A DNA stretch of 64,000 bases from Eledone cirrhosa (taxonomy: Eukaryota): NCBI GenBank assembly GCA_964016885.1, contig OZ024745.1, forward strand, positions 131,502,001 through 131,566,000, in the 5' to 3' direction. The notes beneath the pieces are model-generated. The model saw nothing but the letters and a program-made list of their open reading frames with translations, made no database searches and was not told where the DNA came from. How positions within the stretch are numbered: the stretch's first letter is position 1; every line of letters begins with the position of its first letter. The position numbers were made by a program, and so were the translations under genes. Below are positions 26,101 to 38,996 of this stretch, piece after piece.

Positions 26101-29100
26101 TGTAAAGAGAAGATTGTAGACTGTAAAGAGAAGACTGTAGACTGTAGAGAGAAGATTGTAGACTGTAAAGAGAAGACTGTAGACTGTAGAGAGAAGACTG
26201 TAGACTGTAGAGAGAAGATTGTAGACTGTAAAGAGAAGACTGTAGACTGTAGAGAGAAGACTGTAGAGAGAAGACTGTAGACTGTAGAGAGAAGATTGTA
26301 GACTGTAAAGAGAAGACTGTAGACTGTAGAGAGAAGATTGTATACTGTATAGAGAAGACTGTAGACTGTACAGAGAAGACTGTAGACTGTAGAGAGAAGA
26401 CTGTAGACTGTAAAGAGAAGACTGTAGACTGTAGAGCGAAGACTGTAGACTGTAGAGAGAAGACTGTAGAATGTAGAGAGAAGACTGTAGATTGTGGAGA
26501 GAAGATTGTAAACTGTAGAGAGAAGACTGTAGACTGTAGAGAGAAGACTGTAGACTGTAGAGAGAAGATTGTAAACTGTAGAGAGAAGACTGTAGACTGT
26601 AGAGAGAAGACTGTAGACTGTAAAGAGAAGACTGTAGACTGTAGAGAGAAGACTGTAGACTGAAGAGAGAAGACTGTCGAGAGAAGATTGTAGACAGTAG
26701 AGAGAAGATTGCAAACTGTAGAGAGAAGATTGTAGACTGTAGAGAGAAGACTGTAGACTGTAAAGAGAAGACTGTAGACTGTAGAGAGAAGACTGTAGAC
26801 TGTAGAGAGAAGACTGTAGACTGTAGAGAGAAGACTGTAGACTGTAGAGAGAAGATTGTAGACTGTAGAGAGAAGACTGTAGACTGTAGAGAGAAGACTG
26901 TAGACTGTAGAGAGAAGATTGCAAACTGTAGAGAGAAGATTGTAAACTGTAGAGAGAAGATTGTAGACTGTAGAGAGAAGACTGTAGACTGTAAAGAGAA
27001 GACTGTAGACTGTAGAGAGAAGACTGTAGACTGTAGAGAGAAGACTGTAGACTGTAGAGAGAAGACTGTAGACTGTAGAGAGAAGATTGTAGACTGTATA
27101 GAGAAGACTGTAGACTGTAGAGAGAAGACTGTAGACTGTAGAGAGAAGACTGTAGACTGTAGAGAGAAGATTGTAGACTGTATAGAGTAGACTGTAGACT
27201 GTAGAGAGAAGACTGTAGACTGTAGAGAGAAGACTGTAGAATGTAGAGAGAAGATTGTAGACTGTATAGAGAAGACTGTAGACTGTAGAGAGAAGACTGT
27301 AGACTGTAGAGAGAAGATTGTAGACTGTAGAGAGAAGACTGTAGACTGTAGAGAGAAGACTGTAGATTGTAGAGAGAAGACTGTAGACTGTAGAGAGAAG
27401 ATTGTAGACTGTATAGAGTAGACTGTAGACTGTAGAGAGAAGACTGTAGACTGTAGAGAGAAGACTGTAGAATGTAGAGAGAAGACTGTAGACTGTAGAG
27501 AGAAGACTGTAGACTGTAGAGAGAAGACTGTAGACTGAAGAGAGAAGACTGTAGACTGTAGAGAGAAGACTGTAGAATGTAGAGAGAAGACTGTAGACTG
27601 TAGAGAGAAGACTGTAGAGAGAAGACTGTAGACTGTAGAGAGAAGATTGTAAACTGTAGAGAGAAGACTGTAGACTGTAGAGAGAAGACTGTAGAGAGAA
27701 GACTGTAGACTGTAGAGAGAAGATTGTAAACTGTAGAGAGAAGACTGTAGACTGTAGAGAGAAGACTGTAGACTGTAGAGAGTAGACTGTAGACTGTAGA
27801 GAGAAGATTGTAGAGTGAAGACTGTAGACTGTAGAGAGAAGATTGTAAACTGTAGAGAGAAGACTGTAGACTGTAAAGAGAAGACTGTAGACTGAAGAGA
27901 GAAGACTGTAGACTGTAGAGAGAAGATTGTAGAATGTAGAGAGAAGACTGTAGACTGTAGAGACACGACTGTAGAGAGAAGATTGTAGACTGTAGAGAGA
28001 AGACTGTAGACTGTAGAGAGAAGATTGTAAACTGTAGAGAGAAGACTGTAGACTGTAGAGAGAAGACTGTAGACTGTAGAGAGAAGACTGTAGACTGTAG
28101 GGAGAAGACTGTAGACTGTAGAGAGAAGACTGTAGAGAGAAGACTGTAGACTGTAGAGAGAAGATTGTAAACTGTAGAGAGAAGACTGTAGACTGTAGAG
28201 AGAAGACTGTAGACTGTAGAGAGAACACCGTAGACTGTAGAGAGAAGATTGTAGAGAGAAGACTGTAGACTGTAGAGAGAAGACTGTAGACTGTAGAGAG
28301 AAGACTGTAGACTGTAGAGAGAAGATTGTAGAATGTAGAGAGAAGATTGTAGAATGTAGAGAGAAGACTGTAGACTGTAGAGAGAAGACTGTAGACTGTA
28401 GAGAGAAGACTGTAGAGAGAAGATTGTAGACTGTAGAGAGAAGACTGTAGAGAGAAGATTGTAGACTGTAGAGAGAAGACTGTAGACTGTAGAGAGAAGA
28501 CTGTAGAGAGAAGATTGTAGACTGTAGAGAGAAGATTATAGACTGTAGAGAGAAGACTGTAGAATGTAGAGAGAAGACTGTAGACTGTAGAGAGAAGACT
28601 GTAGACTGTAGAGAGAAGACTGTAGACTGTAGAGAGAAGACTGTAGACTGTAGAGAGAAGACTGTAGACTGTAGAGAGAAGACTGTAGACTGTAGAGAGA
28701 AGACTGTAGACTGTAGAGAGAAGACTGTAGACTGTAGAGAGAAGACTGTAGAATGTAGAGAGAAGACTGTAGACTGTAGAGAGAAGACTGTAGACTGTAG
28801 AGAGAAGACTGTAGACTGTAGAGAGAAGACTGTAGAATGTAGAGAGAAGATCGTAGACTGTAGAGAGAAGACTGTAGAATGTAGAGAGAAGACTGTAGAC
28901 TGTAGAGAGAAGACTGTAGAGAGAAGACTGTAGACTGTAGAGAGAAGACTGTAGAGAGAAGACTGTAGACTGTAGAGAGAAGACTGTAGAATATAGAGAG
29001 AAGACTGTAGACTGTAGAGAGAAGACTGTAGACTGTAGAGAGAAGACTATAGACTGTAGAGAGAAGACTGTAGAGAGAAGACTGTACTGTAGAGAGAAGA

Positions 29101-29110
29101 GAGAAGACTG
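8157..29110. repeat. About 21-kb satellite built from the 7-mers AGACTGT and AGAGAGA (14-mer and 21-mer monomers) with kb-scale higher-order blocks
   Basis: Continuous AGAGAGA-AGACTGT(-AGACTGT) array with variants AGAATGT, AGATTGT, AAACTGT and AAAGAGA. Rare variants recur at offsets of 2490, 5668 and 3038/3059 bp. Confidence 0.98.
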
Positions 29111-29164
29111 TTTCGTGACCTTTGTGACAACTGCTACCAATGTTTATCACAAAAGGAGAAAGAG

Positions 29165-29769
29165 CTAGAGAAATAGATAGATTGCTATATAGAGGGGGGG
29201 GGGTGCATTATAGATAGATAGAGAGGGGGAGAACATGATAGATAGATAGAGAGGGGGAGAACATATATAGATAGAGAGGGGGGAGAACATGATAGACAGA
29301 TAGAGGGAGAAAATGATATATAGATAGAGAAGGGGGAGAACATGATATATAGATAGAGAGGGGGAGAACATGATATATAGATAGAGAGGGGGAGAACATG
29401 ATAGAGAGATAGAAAGGGGGAGAAAATGATAGACAGATAGAGAGGGGGATAACATGATATATAGATAGAGAGGGGGGAGAACATGATAGACAGATAGAGA
29501 GTGGGAGAACATGATAGACAGATAGAGAGGGGGAGAACATGATATATAGATAGAGAGTAACACACAGATAGATAGCTAGAGAGAGATAGAAAGATATATA
29601 GATATAGAGGGAGATAGAGATAGATAGATAATAGATAGATTGATAGACATAGATAAATAGAGAGAGTTAGATAGATGGCGAGAGTTAGATAGAGAGAGTG
29701 AGATATAGATAGATATAGAGAGAGATATATATTGAGAGATAGAAGATAGATAGATAGATAGATAGATAG

Positions 29770-29809
<40 letters not shown>

Positions 29810-29840
29810 TAGATAGGTAGATAGATAGATAGATAGAGAT
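29165..29840. repeat. Purine-rich ~28-bp minisatellite grading into (GATA)n and (TA)n
   Basis: GAACATGATA(G/T)A(T/C)AGATAGAGAGGGGGA repeated about 12 times from about 29205 to 29560, followed by GATA/TA tracts. Confidence 0.9.
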
Positions 29841-31237
29841 TAAAAAATATAACAGTAAGAAACACTTTTATAAAAATTGAAGCAAATTTTGAAGACAAAC
29901 AATAAAAAAAAATAATAAAAACCGAGGTTATGAAAATATAGTTGCTTTATTGATCGATATATATATATATATGAATAGAACTAAAGATATGTTCAACTGT
30001 TATGACAGAATATCAAGTGCTACCTATCACAACATGGCATAAAAGAATTTTGTTGAAACAATATTGAAGAAAATCTTTTCTCTTCCATTTGTAATCTTCA
30101 TAGAGTGTTTCTAAAAAAAAAAAGGAAAAAAAAACGAACAAAACACCCAACAAACGAACATTAGTACAAGGCAAGAATTTGAGAAGTTTGAATGAAAATC
30201 TCAGTACTATTTCTACAGAGGATAAATTCAATGGCCCAAAAATGGTGTTTGAAATTATCTACATTGCAGATTTAAAGGTTTAAAAAAAAAAAAAAATCAA
30301 AAAAAAAAAAAATCAAAAAAAATAACTGAACAAAAACAAACATAATTCCCTGAGCATTTGAATTTCTCAGTTTGGAATACAGAACCAATATGGCTGCCAG
30401 CTATTAAGCTTTCTACACAATTATTTCATTAAATCAAATAAAAGGTAAAAGTTGATGATAAGAATTTTTTATAAAATATTTTAGCTTCCTTCACTGTAGT
30501 TAGAAATTCGTATATTTTTTGTTATATTTTTTGTTATATTTTTTTTGTTGTTTTTTAAAGAGGAGTCATATTAAACTATTAAAGTAGTTTTAGTTCATGG
30601 TTATCTTGTTAAAATGTAAGAATAATCTTACATAAAGTATTTTCGTTTTTTTTTTTATTCTAAATAATTTTGCAAAACAAACTAATATAAGAAATCTTTA
30701 CATTTGATAAATTGAATATTCACAGAGACAGACGAAAGGTGCTGATTAGTCCAAACTAAATGCAAAGATGAAAAATATTCCTGGCATTCAACTTAACTCT
30801 TTTTCTTTCTATCACACATAAATTTAATGGTCCAAAAATGGTGTTTGAAATTATCTACATTGCAGAGTTAAAGGTTTAAAACAAAAACACAGACACTTGT
30901 CTTTCTCTCATATATGTCAGACATATTGGAGATATTTTTACACACCTCACACTTGTTTACATATAACTGATATACAATAATTGCATTTTAATAATATAGA
31001 ACTGCTTTCTTGGTTAAAAAATTTGAATATGCTAATTGAGGGTTGGCTGGGTGAGTCATGCTACCAATTAGGATACCATAATTATACATACCATTACTAG
31101 ACCAGTATTCACAAACAATGTTGTAAGTTTATTGATTAAGTTTGTGTAAAAGGAGGAATTAAGTTGTTTTCTGTTAATGATAGTATGAGCACTGCAAAAC
31201 AGTGAAAAGAAATCTTGAAAAAGTACGTTTCTAATGG

Positions 31238-31571
31238 ACTCTCAGGTCCCAAATAGGAGGGGGGGGATAAGCGGCGGAGGGCCTTGGAAAATTGGTAATT
31301 TTTTAAAACCAAAAATTAGTCGTTTAATTTACATATTGAGACCCCAACCCATCCTATTTATTTTATAACATATGGGATTTCTTGTAATGTACTTTTTTTG
31401 TCATGTATGATGTTTTTTAATGTCTAAAGAAAATTAATTGTCGCAGGAATGTTACCACTTAAAATAAAATTTTGCCGAGGACAGATTAGCAAAATTTAAT
31501 AAATGGTGGGGTTGGAAAAAAACTGAAAAATTAATAAGTGGCAGGTGGGGATTACTGGAGACCCGAGAGTA
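31238..31571 (+). mobile_element. MITE with ACTCTC(A/G)GGTC / GACCCGAGAGT termini (probably a TA-target Tc1/mariner-superfamily element)
   Basis: Terminal inverted repeats, a TA at the right end, and related partial copies at 3219-3332 and 3805-4048. Confidence 0.75.
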
Positions 31572-33302
31572 GGTTTGATTTCTATTTAAGCTGTTTCACA
31601 TCATTTTCTAATCTAAATCAATGAAATGAAGAGAAATGGACTTTCATTGGGTGAATTGCTATTGACAATGAAACCTTCACTGGTAACTTAACAACTTATA
31701 ATGTGTTATAGGATGATTTTACTTCAGATAATGACTGTTTTCTGATAACTATAGGAATGAGAGTTGAAAAACAGGGTTGAGTTAAAGTGATGCTAGATTA
31801 CCAGCTATAGGCTCAGCAGTTTAAATCCTCTAACTGACAGTTGCACTATATCTATAGTTAAAAGACTTAATATTCAAATAGTCCCTAATCCATTTAGTTG
31901 TAGATAAGTACTAGAATCAGTACTGTTTCACTAGCTTGCATTGTTGAGTTTACCTTATATCTCTAGGTATATCTTTGTGAAAGATGGGCTTTGTCCAACT
32001 GATTCCATGTGAAGATGTGTGAGTTAAATGTAATCTTGTGTTATGGAATTAATCAATTGTAAGAATGTCTTGTTTTAAATGTCATATATATTATCTTTTG
32101 AATTGTTTGTTAAACACATACCATTTCATATTATCAAATAATCCAGGATAAAATTCTTTCCTCATTTAGTATTTTATTTAGTTAACACTAATTAGTTCTT
32201 CTTTGGTAAAGAAATTACAGATGGGTATCAGAAGTTTGAATCCTGTCATTGGCAGTTCATATCTATAGCCAAAGACATGTTTTTAAAAACCCATTCATTG
32301 AGCTGTATGTACTACAGGGCTGTAGAATAACAAGGAATTTGTTAGCTTTCACTGTTGGGATCACTTTAGCAAAAGTTAGTTACTATAAAGTAGCAACCTA
32401 TACAGAGTGAGATTCTTCTCTCTACATTCAATGTTATAGTCTACATAACTTATATGTCTTCTTCCTTATGAAAACAAACATTAATACTTTTATAATATAA
32501 TGAATTGTTTTAACATAAAAACAAATCTTCAATTTTACAACAAAATATAGAATGAGAATATGTTAGATGTATAGGTTTTTGTTAAGAGAATAATATGTGA
32601 GAAATAAAGTGAAATGGGTTCTATTTGAAAACTGAAGACTACATCCCACTTTTTTTTGTTCTGTAGTATTCATGATGCATTACTTTAAAAACATATTTTC
32701 CTTTAAGCGGTCCCTAAAAGGAGCTATATTTTAGTGAAGATAAAATTGTGAATTAGTGACACTTTTCAAGTGTATGTCTATTTCTTTTCACTAGTTATAA
32801 AGTTTCTATATTTCAAAGAAGATGGCAAAAGGGGTGTGGTATATATATATGACATTTCCAAGAGTATTAGTAGCATAAATGAAGAGAATGGTTTTGATAA
32901 TCTATCATATTAGGAGCTAATTATTTGCTTCATTCAACTTTAGACAACACTAGTTTCTTTTGATAAAAAAACAAAAGTGTCTATATTTTTGAGGAAGTAA
33001 GAATTGGAATTTCACCTGCTGACAGTTGGAATGAAGTAGTTGTAAAATATGACTGTGCCAATACATAACAAATAAGATTTACATTAGTAGAATTAAACAG
33101 TTTAAGAAACAGGCCATACTGTCATGGCTCTGAAGAGAAAACTGGAGATTTAAGAATCCCAAAAGATAATATTGAAACATGGTGGACTCCTTATTAAAAC
33201 ACTTTTAATAAGTTCTTTGCTTAACATTTAATACACCAATAGGTAACAAAAATAGTAGATTGCTGGATTTGTTATTTAGTTATAATGTTTTACATTTTGT
33301 AT

Positions 33303-33520
33303 TTAACCCTTTTGATACCAGCCTGCTGAAACCTTTTTCTATGAAATAAAACTACCTATTTTAAAGGGTTCCTACTACAAGTAAAACCACTCAACATAAT
33401 TTTATATAAGAACATTTATTAAGAACATGTTACAAATGCCATCTTAATGAAATTATAATTTTAGTAAATCCTTTACAAATTCTTCATTAATTAATTAAAA
33501 TGTTTTAACAAAAGTGTTAA
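33303..33520 (+). mobile_element. piggyBac-type non-autonomous element
   Basis: TTAA|CCCTTT start and TTAA end; homologous to 38760-38996 and 63656-63891. Confidence 0.7.
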
Positions 33521-35306
33521 ATAATAACAGGGCTGACTTTCTTTCATCTCTCCCATGGTTAAATAAGTACCAGAATCTATCGGGGTTGTCTCAATCTCCT
33601 ATAGATCTTCCTTATATTTTTTGGTTACATCTTATCAAAGTTAGATAATATATTATCTACTCTTCAGCTTTGATGTGGTTTCAATTCTACATTGAAGATT
33701 CTTGATTTCACTTCATTTCCTTGTTACAACTGGAAGAATGTTTACAACTAATACTCTTGGGAAAGACTAAAAACCTTTCCATTAATGTTTCTTGCACTCT
33801 ACCTGATCTATTTTCCATTGGGGTTTAAATTTTTTAATAAACTGATTGAAATTTTGCAAAGCTAATATATGTTGAACATATTTTAGGATAATTTTTATGG
33901 GTTTAGTCTGAATCTGGGAATATGTGTTGTAAGGTCAATAAATTCCACTTTAAATTACAGGCAAGTCAGATTTACTAAAAAGAACTTTAAATGTTTAGCT
34001 AGAATATGATGGATGTATCAGATATTGGAATTAAATGTACCTGTTAACACCAACAATACTTTAACAATCATATCAGTTAAATACAATTTAACATCACTAT
34101 TAAACCCATTTATTTATGGAGTAAAAATAGATAGAATGGGAATGAAAGAAGAGGTGTGGGGAAAGAGAGTGAGGGAGAGGTAGTAAGACAGTTGTAATAG
34201 CTTTGATTACAAAGAACTTATGGAAGTGTGATAAAGTTTCTTATTATCATGATAGTTAATGTGTCAAGTCATTAGTAACTTCTTTGTTGACCTCAACGAT
34301 GTTTTAACATTGATTTCTACTTGAACTATTCTTTAACAATGCTTGAATTAAAAACTTTTATTTAATTCCATTATGTGCTATCTGTTCTTGTTAGAAACCA
34401 TAATAGCTTGGATGAGATGACTTTTAAGAATGAACTTCAATCTCTGAGGAGAAATACTTCATTTAAAGATTTCAGAGTATTGTTGTAAAATAAATAGCCT
34501 TTAGGGTAAGAGTTAATTTTAGACTATTTCAACTTACTCTTTCTCTCATAATCTACCTTCAATTTGTATAAAGATAATTTTTCAAGAAAAACTTTAAATA
34601 TATAACTTCAATCAAAAATAAAAAAAAAAATGGAGAAAGTATGTTTGGAATGTCGCAAGCGAAGTTACCCATCTTTTCACGTTCACTGGGTTTACACACC
34701 CCATTATAACAGTGAAGCTTCTATTTCTATTTCACCCCCCCACCTTCAACTATTACTGAAATAACTTTACAGAACTAATTTTAGTTTTAGCCTGTCAAGT
34801 GCTGATTTGTTGCTACCAATAGTGTTTATAAGGAGAAGAAGAGTTATCTGAAGGTTCGATTCTTTATTAAGGGGTCACTTTGTTCTGTACTAAAAAAGAA
34901 TTTTGATAGCAAACAATTTTAAACAGAGGCAGTGCCCCAACATGGCCTCAGCCTGTTGCCTGGAACACGAAATAGAGTAAATAATAATTGAATATTAGTA
35001 GTAGTAGTGGTTAGTGCTATACTGGGTCAATTTAGTAGTTGGAATAGAACTGAAGATGTGATTGGAAGGAGGACACTGGAGTAGCTTTGGTACTACAAAC
35101 TAATGAAATGTTTGTTAATATTACTCTGCTGGTATCATTTATAGTGGTGGAATATACCAGTCTTTGATACCTGTGTAAAGAAAGCTGAATTTAGCCATGG
35201 AGAGTCTCTTCAACACAGAAGTAGTGACAAAATATGAATTAGTCTGATTATTATCCTATCAACCTCACTACCCAAACTCTCAACAGAAGGCCTCAAAGGT
35301 CTAATG

Positions 35307-35437
35307 AAGGCATGGGCAACCTTTCTAGAGTAGTGTGGGCTGCACTACTAAATAATTTAAGGCAATTTTGAACTTAGGCATGCCATTCAGAAAGCCAAAC
35401 AGGCCACATGCGGCTCGCAAGCCACAGTTTGCCCATG
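35307..35437. mobile_element. hAT-type MITE
   Basis: Termini CATGGGCAA and TTGCCCATG; internally the reverse complement of 58449-58597 (shared TGCCATTCAGAAAGCCAAAC). Confidence 0.65.
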
Positions 35438-35868
35438 GATTTAAATATCAAATATTACCAGCTTCGAAGGTATATCAATCTGATAAGATTGATATACCAA
35501 TTGAAACCAGTTATATTTGACAAAATTTAAATCCATTAATGGGTTATTATAATCATTGTTATTTCATGTCTATAATATTTCCAAATTGTGCTAACACTAA
35601 TGACATGATGTCATTAAAGGTGTGTAATTAAACTAAACTATTGAATATATTTAGTTTTTTTCTGTATTCAGAATGGGGGTGGGGTGGAACTGGGGATTCC
35701 CTTACTCTATTTTGATATATATATATATATATATATATAATTCCTAGAAAAATGAGAAAACTCTTTGCTAGAACAGCTATTAAAACAGCCAAATGCTGTC
35801 AATGACAGTGATGGGCAAAGATGCCTGTAATTCAAATATATTCTCACTTCATCTCGATTAGAGACAAG

Positions 35869-35913
<45 letters not shown>

Positions 35914-36009
35914 TATTTATTAAAGAAATCTAGATTCAATTCTCGTTCGGTAAATAGATGTCTTCAATTTAAACAAAGCAAAACATCTGTAAATATAAAG
36001 TGTATATAT

Positions 36010-36283
36010 AAGTAAAAGTGAAAAGGCACAGGGGTATTTTTAAGGATTATTTTTTCTTTAATCTGACAGAATGAATATTTATATAATTGTTACATTAAAT
36101 GGATTTAAGTTCTGTCAAATATAACTGGTTTCAATTGGTATGTCAGTCTTATCAGATATTAAAATCTGATAAGATTGAGATACCAATTGAAACCAGTTAT
36201 ATTTGACAGAACTTAAAGTGATTCTGTAGGGTTAAAGAAAAAAATAATCTTTATATATACCCCTGTGCTTTTCACTTTTACTT
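36010..36283. repeat. Nested long inverted repeat
   Basis: Outer arms AAGTAAAAGTGAAAAGGCACAGGGGTAT and ATACCCCTGTGCTTTTCACTTTTACTT; inner arms of about 54 bp at 36104-36157 and 36164-36217. Confidence 0.9.
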
Positions 36284-36349
36284 TTTACCTATAATCTTTG
36301 ATTTGTATGGAACTTTACACCACTTTTCAACTATATGTATATATATATA

Positions 36350-36402
<53 letters not shown>

Positions 36403-36509
36403 ATATATTAATATCCTTTTTTTAACATCTGCTTTTCCATGCTTGCATGGGTTGGACACATACACACGTATATAGACATAAACATATAGGCAGAGAAGGA
36501 GGCTCCCTT

Positions 36510-36798
36510 TGGTTATGAATGACCATAAGGTTGCACTTGAAATGTTCCTGTTCAGGGTACAAGCTTGGGCAAGGTATTTTTTGTGGAAGACCAGTAACCA
36601 GCCATGTATGCTAGTTTCTCCTCTCGAAGCTACAAATGTTTTCCAAGAGAAAGGCAATGGCCAATACAGCTTGAGACCAGTATCATGACAGCTCATTTTT
36701 TCTCAGCTGTGTGGACTAGAGCAACATGAAATCAAGTCCTGGAATTGAACTCAGAGTCTTGTGATTATGAGCCAAACACTTTAACTATTAAGCCACTA
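36510..36798 (-). mobile_element. Second tRNA-derived SINE family
   Basis: Minus strand begins with a tRNA-like head (GTGGCTTAATAGTTAAAGTGTTTGGCTC...GAGTTCAATTCC); a related head occurs at about 55450-55510. Confidence 0.6.
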
Positions 36799-37540
36799 TA
36801 TATGATAGAAAGTAAAAATGTGAGAAATTTGGTTTCACATATTTCTTATCATATGTTTATTTCATAGCTATATGTTCTGCTTTGTTAAAACTGTAAACAA
36901 CCATTAAAGAATAGTTTTGAATATTTATAAACGTGTGAAATATTTAGAATTAGTATTCTATCAGAATCCCTTATAATATAAAACTAGAAACATATGAGGT
37001 GGAAGCTGAACTGAAGCTCCCGGAAAAAAACCATCATGCATTTTAAAGATATTTCTTAAAATGGAGTAAAAAAAAATGTAGCATTTGTCTAATTTTAATG
37101 GAGACAATTCTCAATGAAGTAAGTGAATGGTGTCAACATTGTTGCAACACTGTCTAAATAATTCTTAAAACCAAATATCAAACACCACACCATTTTCAGA
37201 ATCCCACAACACTTAATAATTAAAAGATGCTAACAACAACATCAACAACAACAACAAAAGCAAAAAATCTTTACTCTAAAGTGACAAATAAAACAAAACC
37301 AACTAAAAAATAAAATAAAATAAAAACCCAGCTAACCTGAAGAGTGCAAGTGAATAAGAAATGCAGCAATTTGTGAATACAGGTGCACTTGCATGCCTGG
37401 TGAGCTAAGAGAATGTTAAAATATGGATGGGCACAAAAATATCTACACTTACCACATCACTAAATTGAGGAAAACATTGATTAGTATACATACAGGATAT
37501 GTATCGATTTATATACACCCACACACACACATATACATAC

Positions 37541-37607
<67 letters not shown>

Positions 37608-37608
<1 letters not shown>

Positions 37609-37906
37609 TTCGTTTTTGAATTTGTTTTGCAAGAATTCTTAACTGAAAACGTGTGTTGACACATTGTTTTACTCTGGGAGGGTCATGCTGCCAATGAAAA
37701 CACACGCACCTGTTGGTTTTCACTTCAATTTATTATAAATTTCTGGTTGGTTGCTTCAGTAACCAGATTATGGTCTATGTATTGTCAAAGCTCTTTCATC
37801 ACACATTCTGTGAGCTCTTCAGTGACTAATTTCTTATTTTGTGTCTCTCACTTGTTCTGCCCTACACCATCTTGGTTTTATTGGCAGCATAACCCTCCCA
37901 AAGTAT

Positions 37907-37912
<6 letters not shown>
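37608..37912 (-). mobile_element. Short non-coding element between (TA)n tracts with a 38-bp inverted repeat and a hammerhead motif (Penelope-like or retrozyme-like)
   Basis: IR arms at 37663-37701 and 37875-37912; hammerhead core at 37781-37830 on the minus strand. Confidence 0.6.
37781..37830 (-). ncRNA. Minimal type I hammerhead-ribozyme motif
   Basis: Minus strand: ATTAGTCA-CTGAAGA-GCTCACA GAATG TGTGAT-GAAA-GAGC-TT-TGACAAT. Stem I GTCA/TGAC, stem II TCACA/TGTGA, CUU triplet. Confidence 0.65.
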
Positions 37913-37952
<40 letters not shown>

Positions 37953-38759
37953 TCTCTATATATATTATATATATGTATATTAAATATACATTATATATAT
38001 ACATTAAATATACATTATATATATATATATATGAATGTATAAATGTGTGTGGGTGTTTGTCATAAAAGGGAGTAGAGTGAACTAATGAGTCAAAACTAAA
38101 CAGCAATGTCAGTGATAATATTTAAAAAACAGGTAGCAACCTTTATAGAACAGCCATTGATGATGAGGTCAGACCTAGCCACCACACAGAGCATATATTC
38201 ATATATAACTCTGGTCTTGGGGGTAAGTCAAAAGTTTAGCAACACTATGTAGTCAAAAATTATTTTTTTATATTCTTTTTAGAGTCTCAATAGCTAAAAA
38301 AATATTAAAGAAAGAAAGAAAGGTTTATTTATATATATATATATATACACTGAAAAGATGGTTTTATTCAAGAAAAATTTGCTTTACATCTAATTTTACT
38401 TAGCGGGGCTCTTAAATGGAAAGTTTTAGTGCAGTTAATCAGGTTTGAGAAAGTAAATTGATCAAAATGCATCATCAGCTTTGTGAGTAAAGTATAAAAA
38501 TAAAAAAAAAAATGAAAATTAAATATAAAACAGATATTTAAAGAAAAAAACCTGAACATTTGATAATTTGGAGACACTTAAGCTATTTTTGTTGAGTGTT
38601 TCTTGGTCTAATTAGGAAAGCTTATTGACATTTTCAACCTTACGTCACACAAAGTTAATTTAAATGATTACAACTAAATTATTATTTTATTAAATGTTAC
38701 TTAAAAAAACCCAACCTTTTGGCCAAATATGACAACTGAAAAGCCAGTGTTATTATATT

Positions 38760-38996
38760 TTAACCCTTTAATTACAAACCTGGCCAAAACCAGTTCTGGT
38801 TCTATGAAATAAAACCACCCATTTTAAAGGTTTCCAATTTAAATAAAAATCTTCCAACATAATTTTATATAAGAACCTTACATTAAATTACTATTTAATA
38901 ATGAAATAATTAATAATTTTAGTAAATCCAACAGAATTCTTCACTAATTAATCAAAATAGAGTGATTATTTGATTAGAAATATGGTGATGAGTTAA
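38760..38996 (+). mobile_element. piggyBac-type non-autonomous element
   Basis: TTAA-flanked, CCCTTT start; close homologue of 63656-63891. Confidence 0.75.

Noticed and set aside
12804-29150. Very long minus-strand ORFs (up to 1881 aa) of LQSSLYS/LQSTVFS/LLSTVYS repeats
   Set aside because: They are a by-product of the satellite: the minus-strand monomer has no stop codon in any frame, so three overlapping frames are open simultaneously and swap phase with 14-mer versus 21-mer units. There is no evidence of coding selection.
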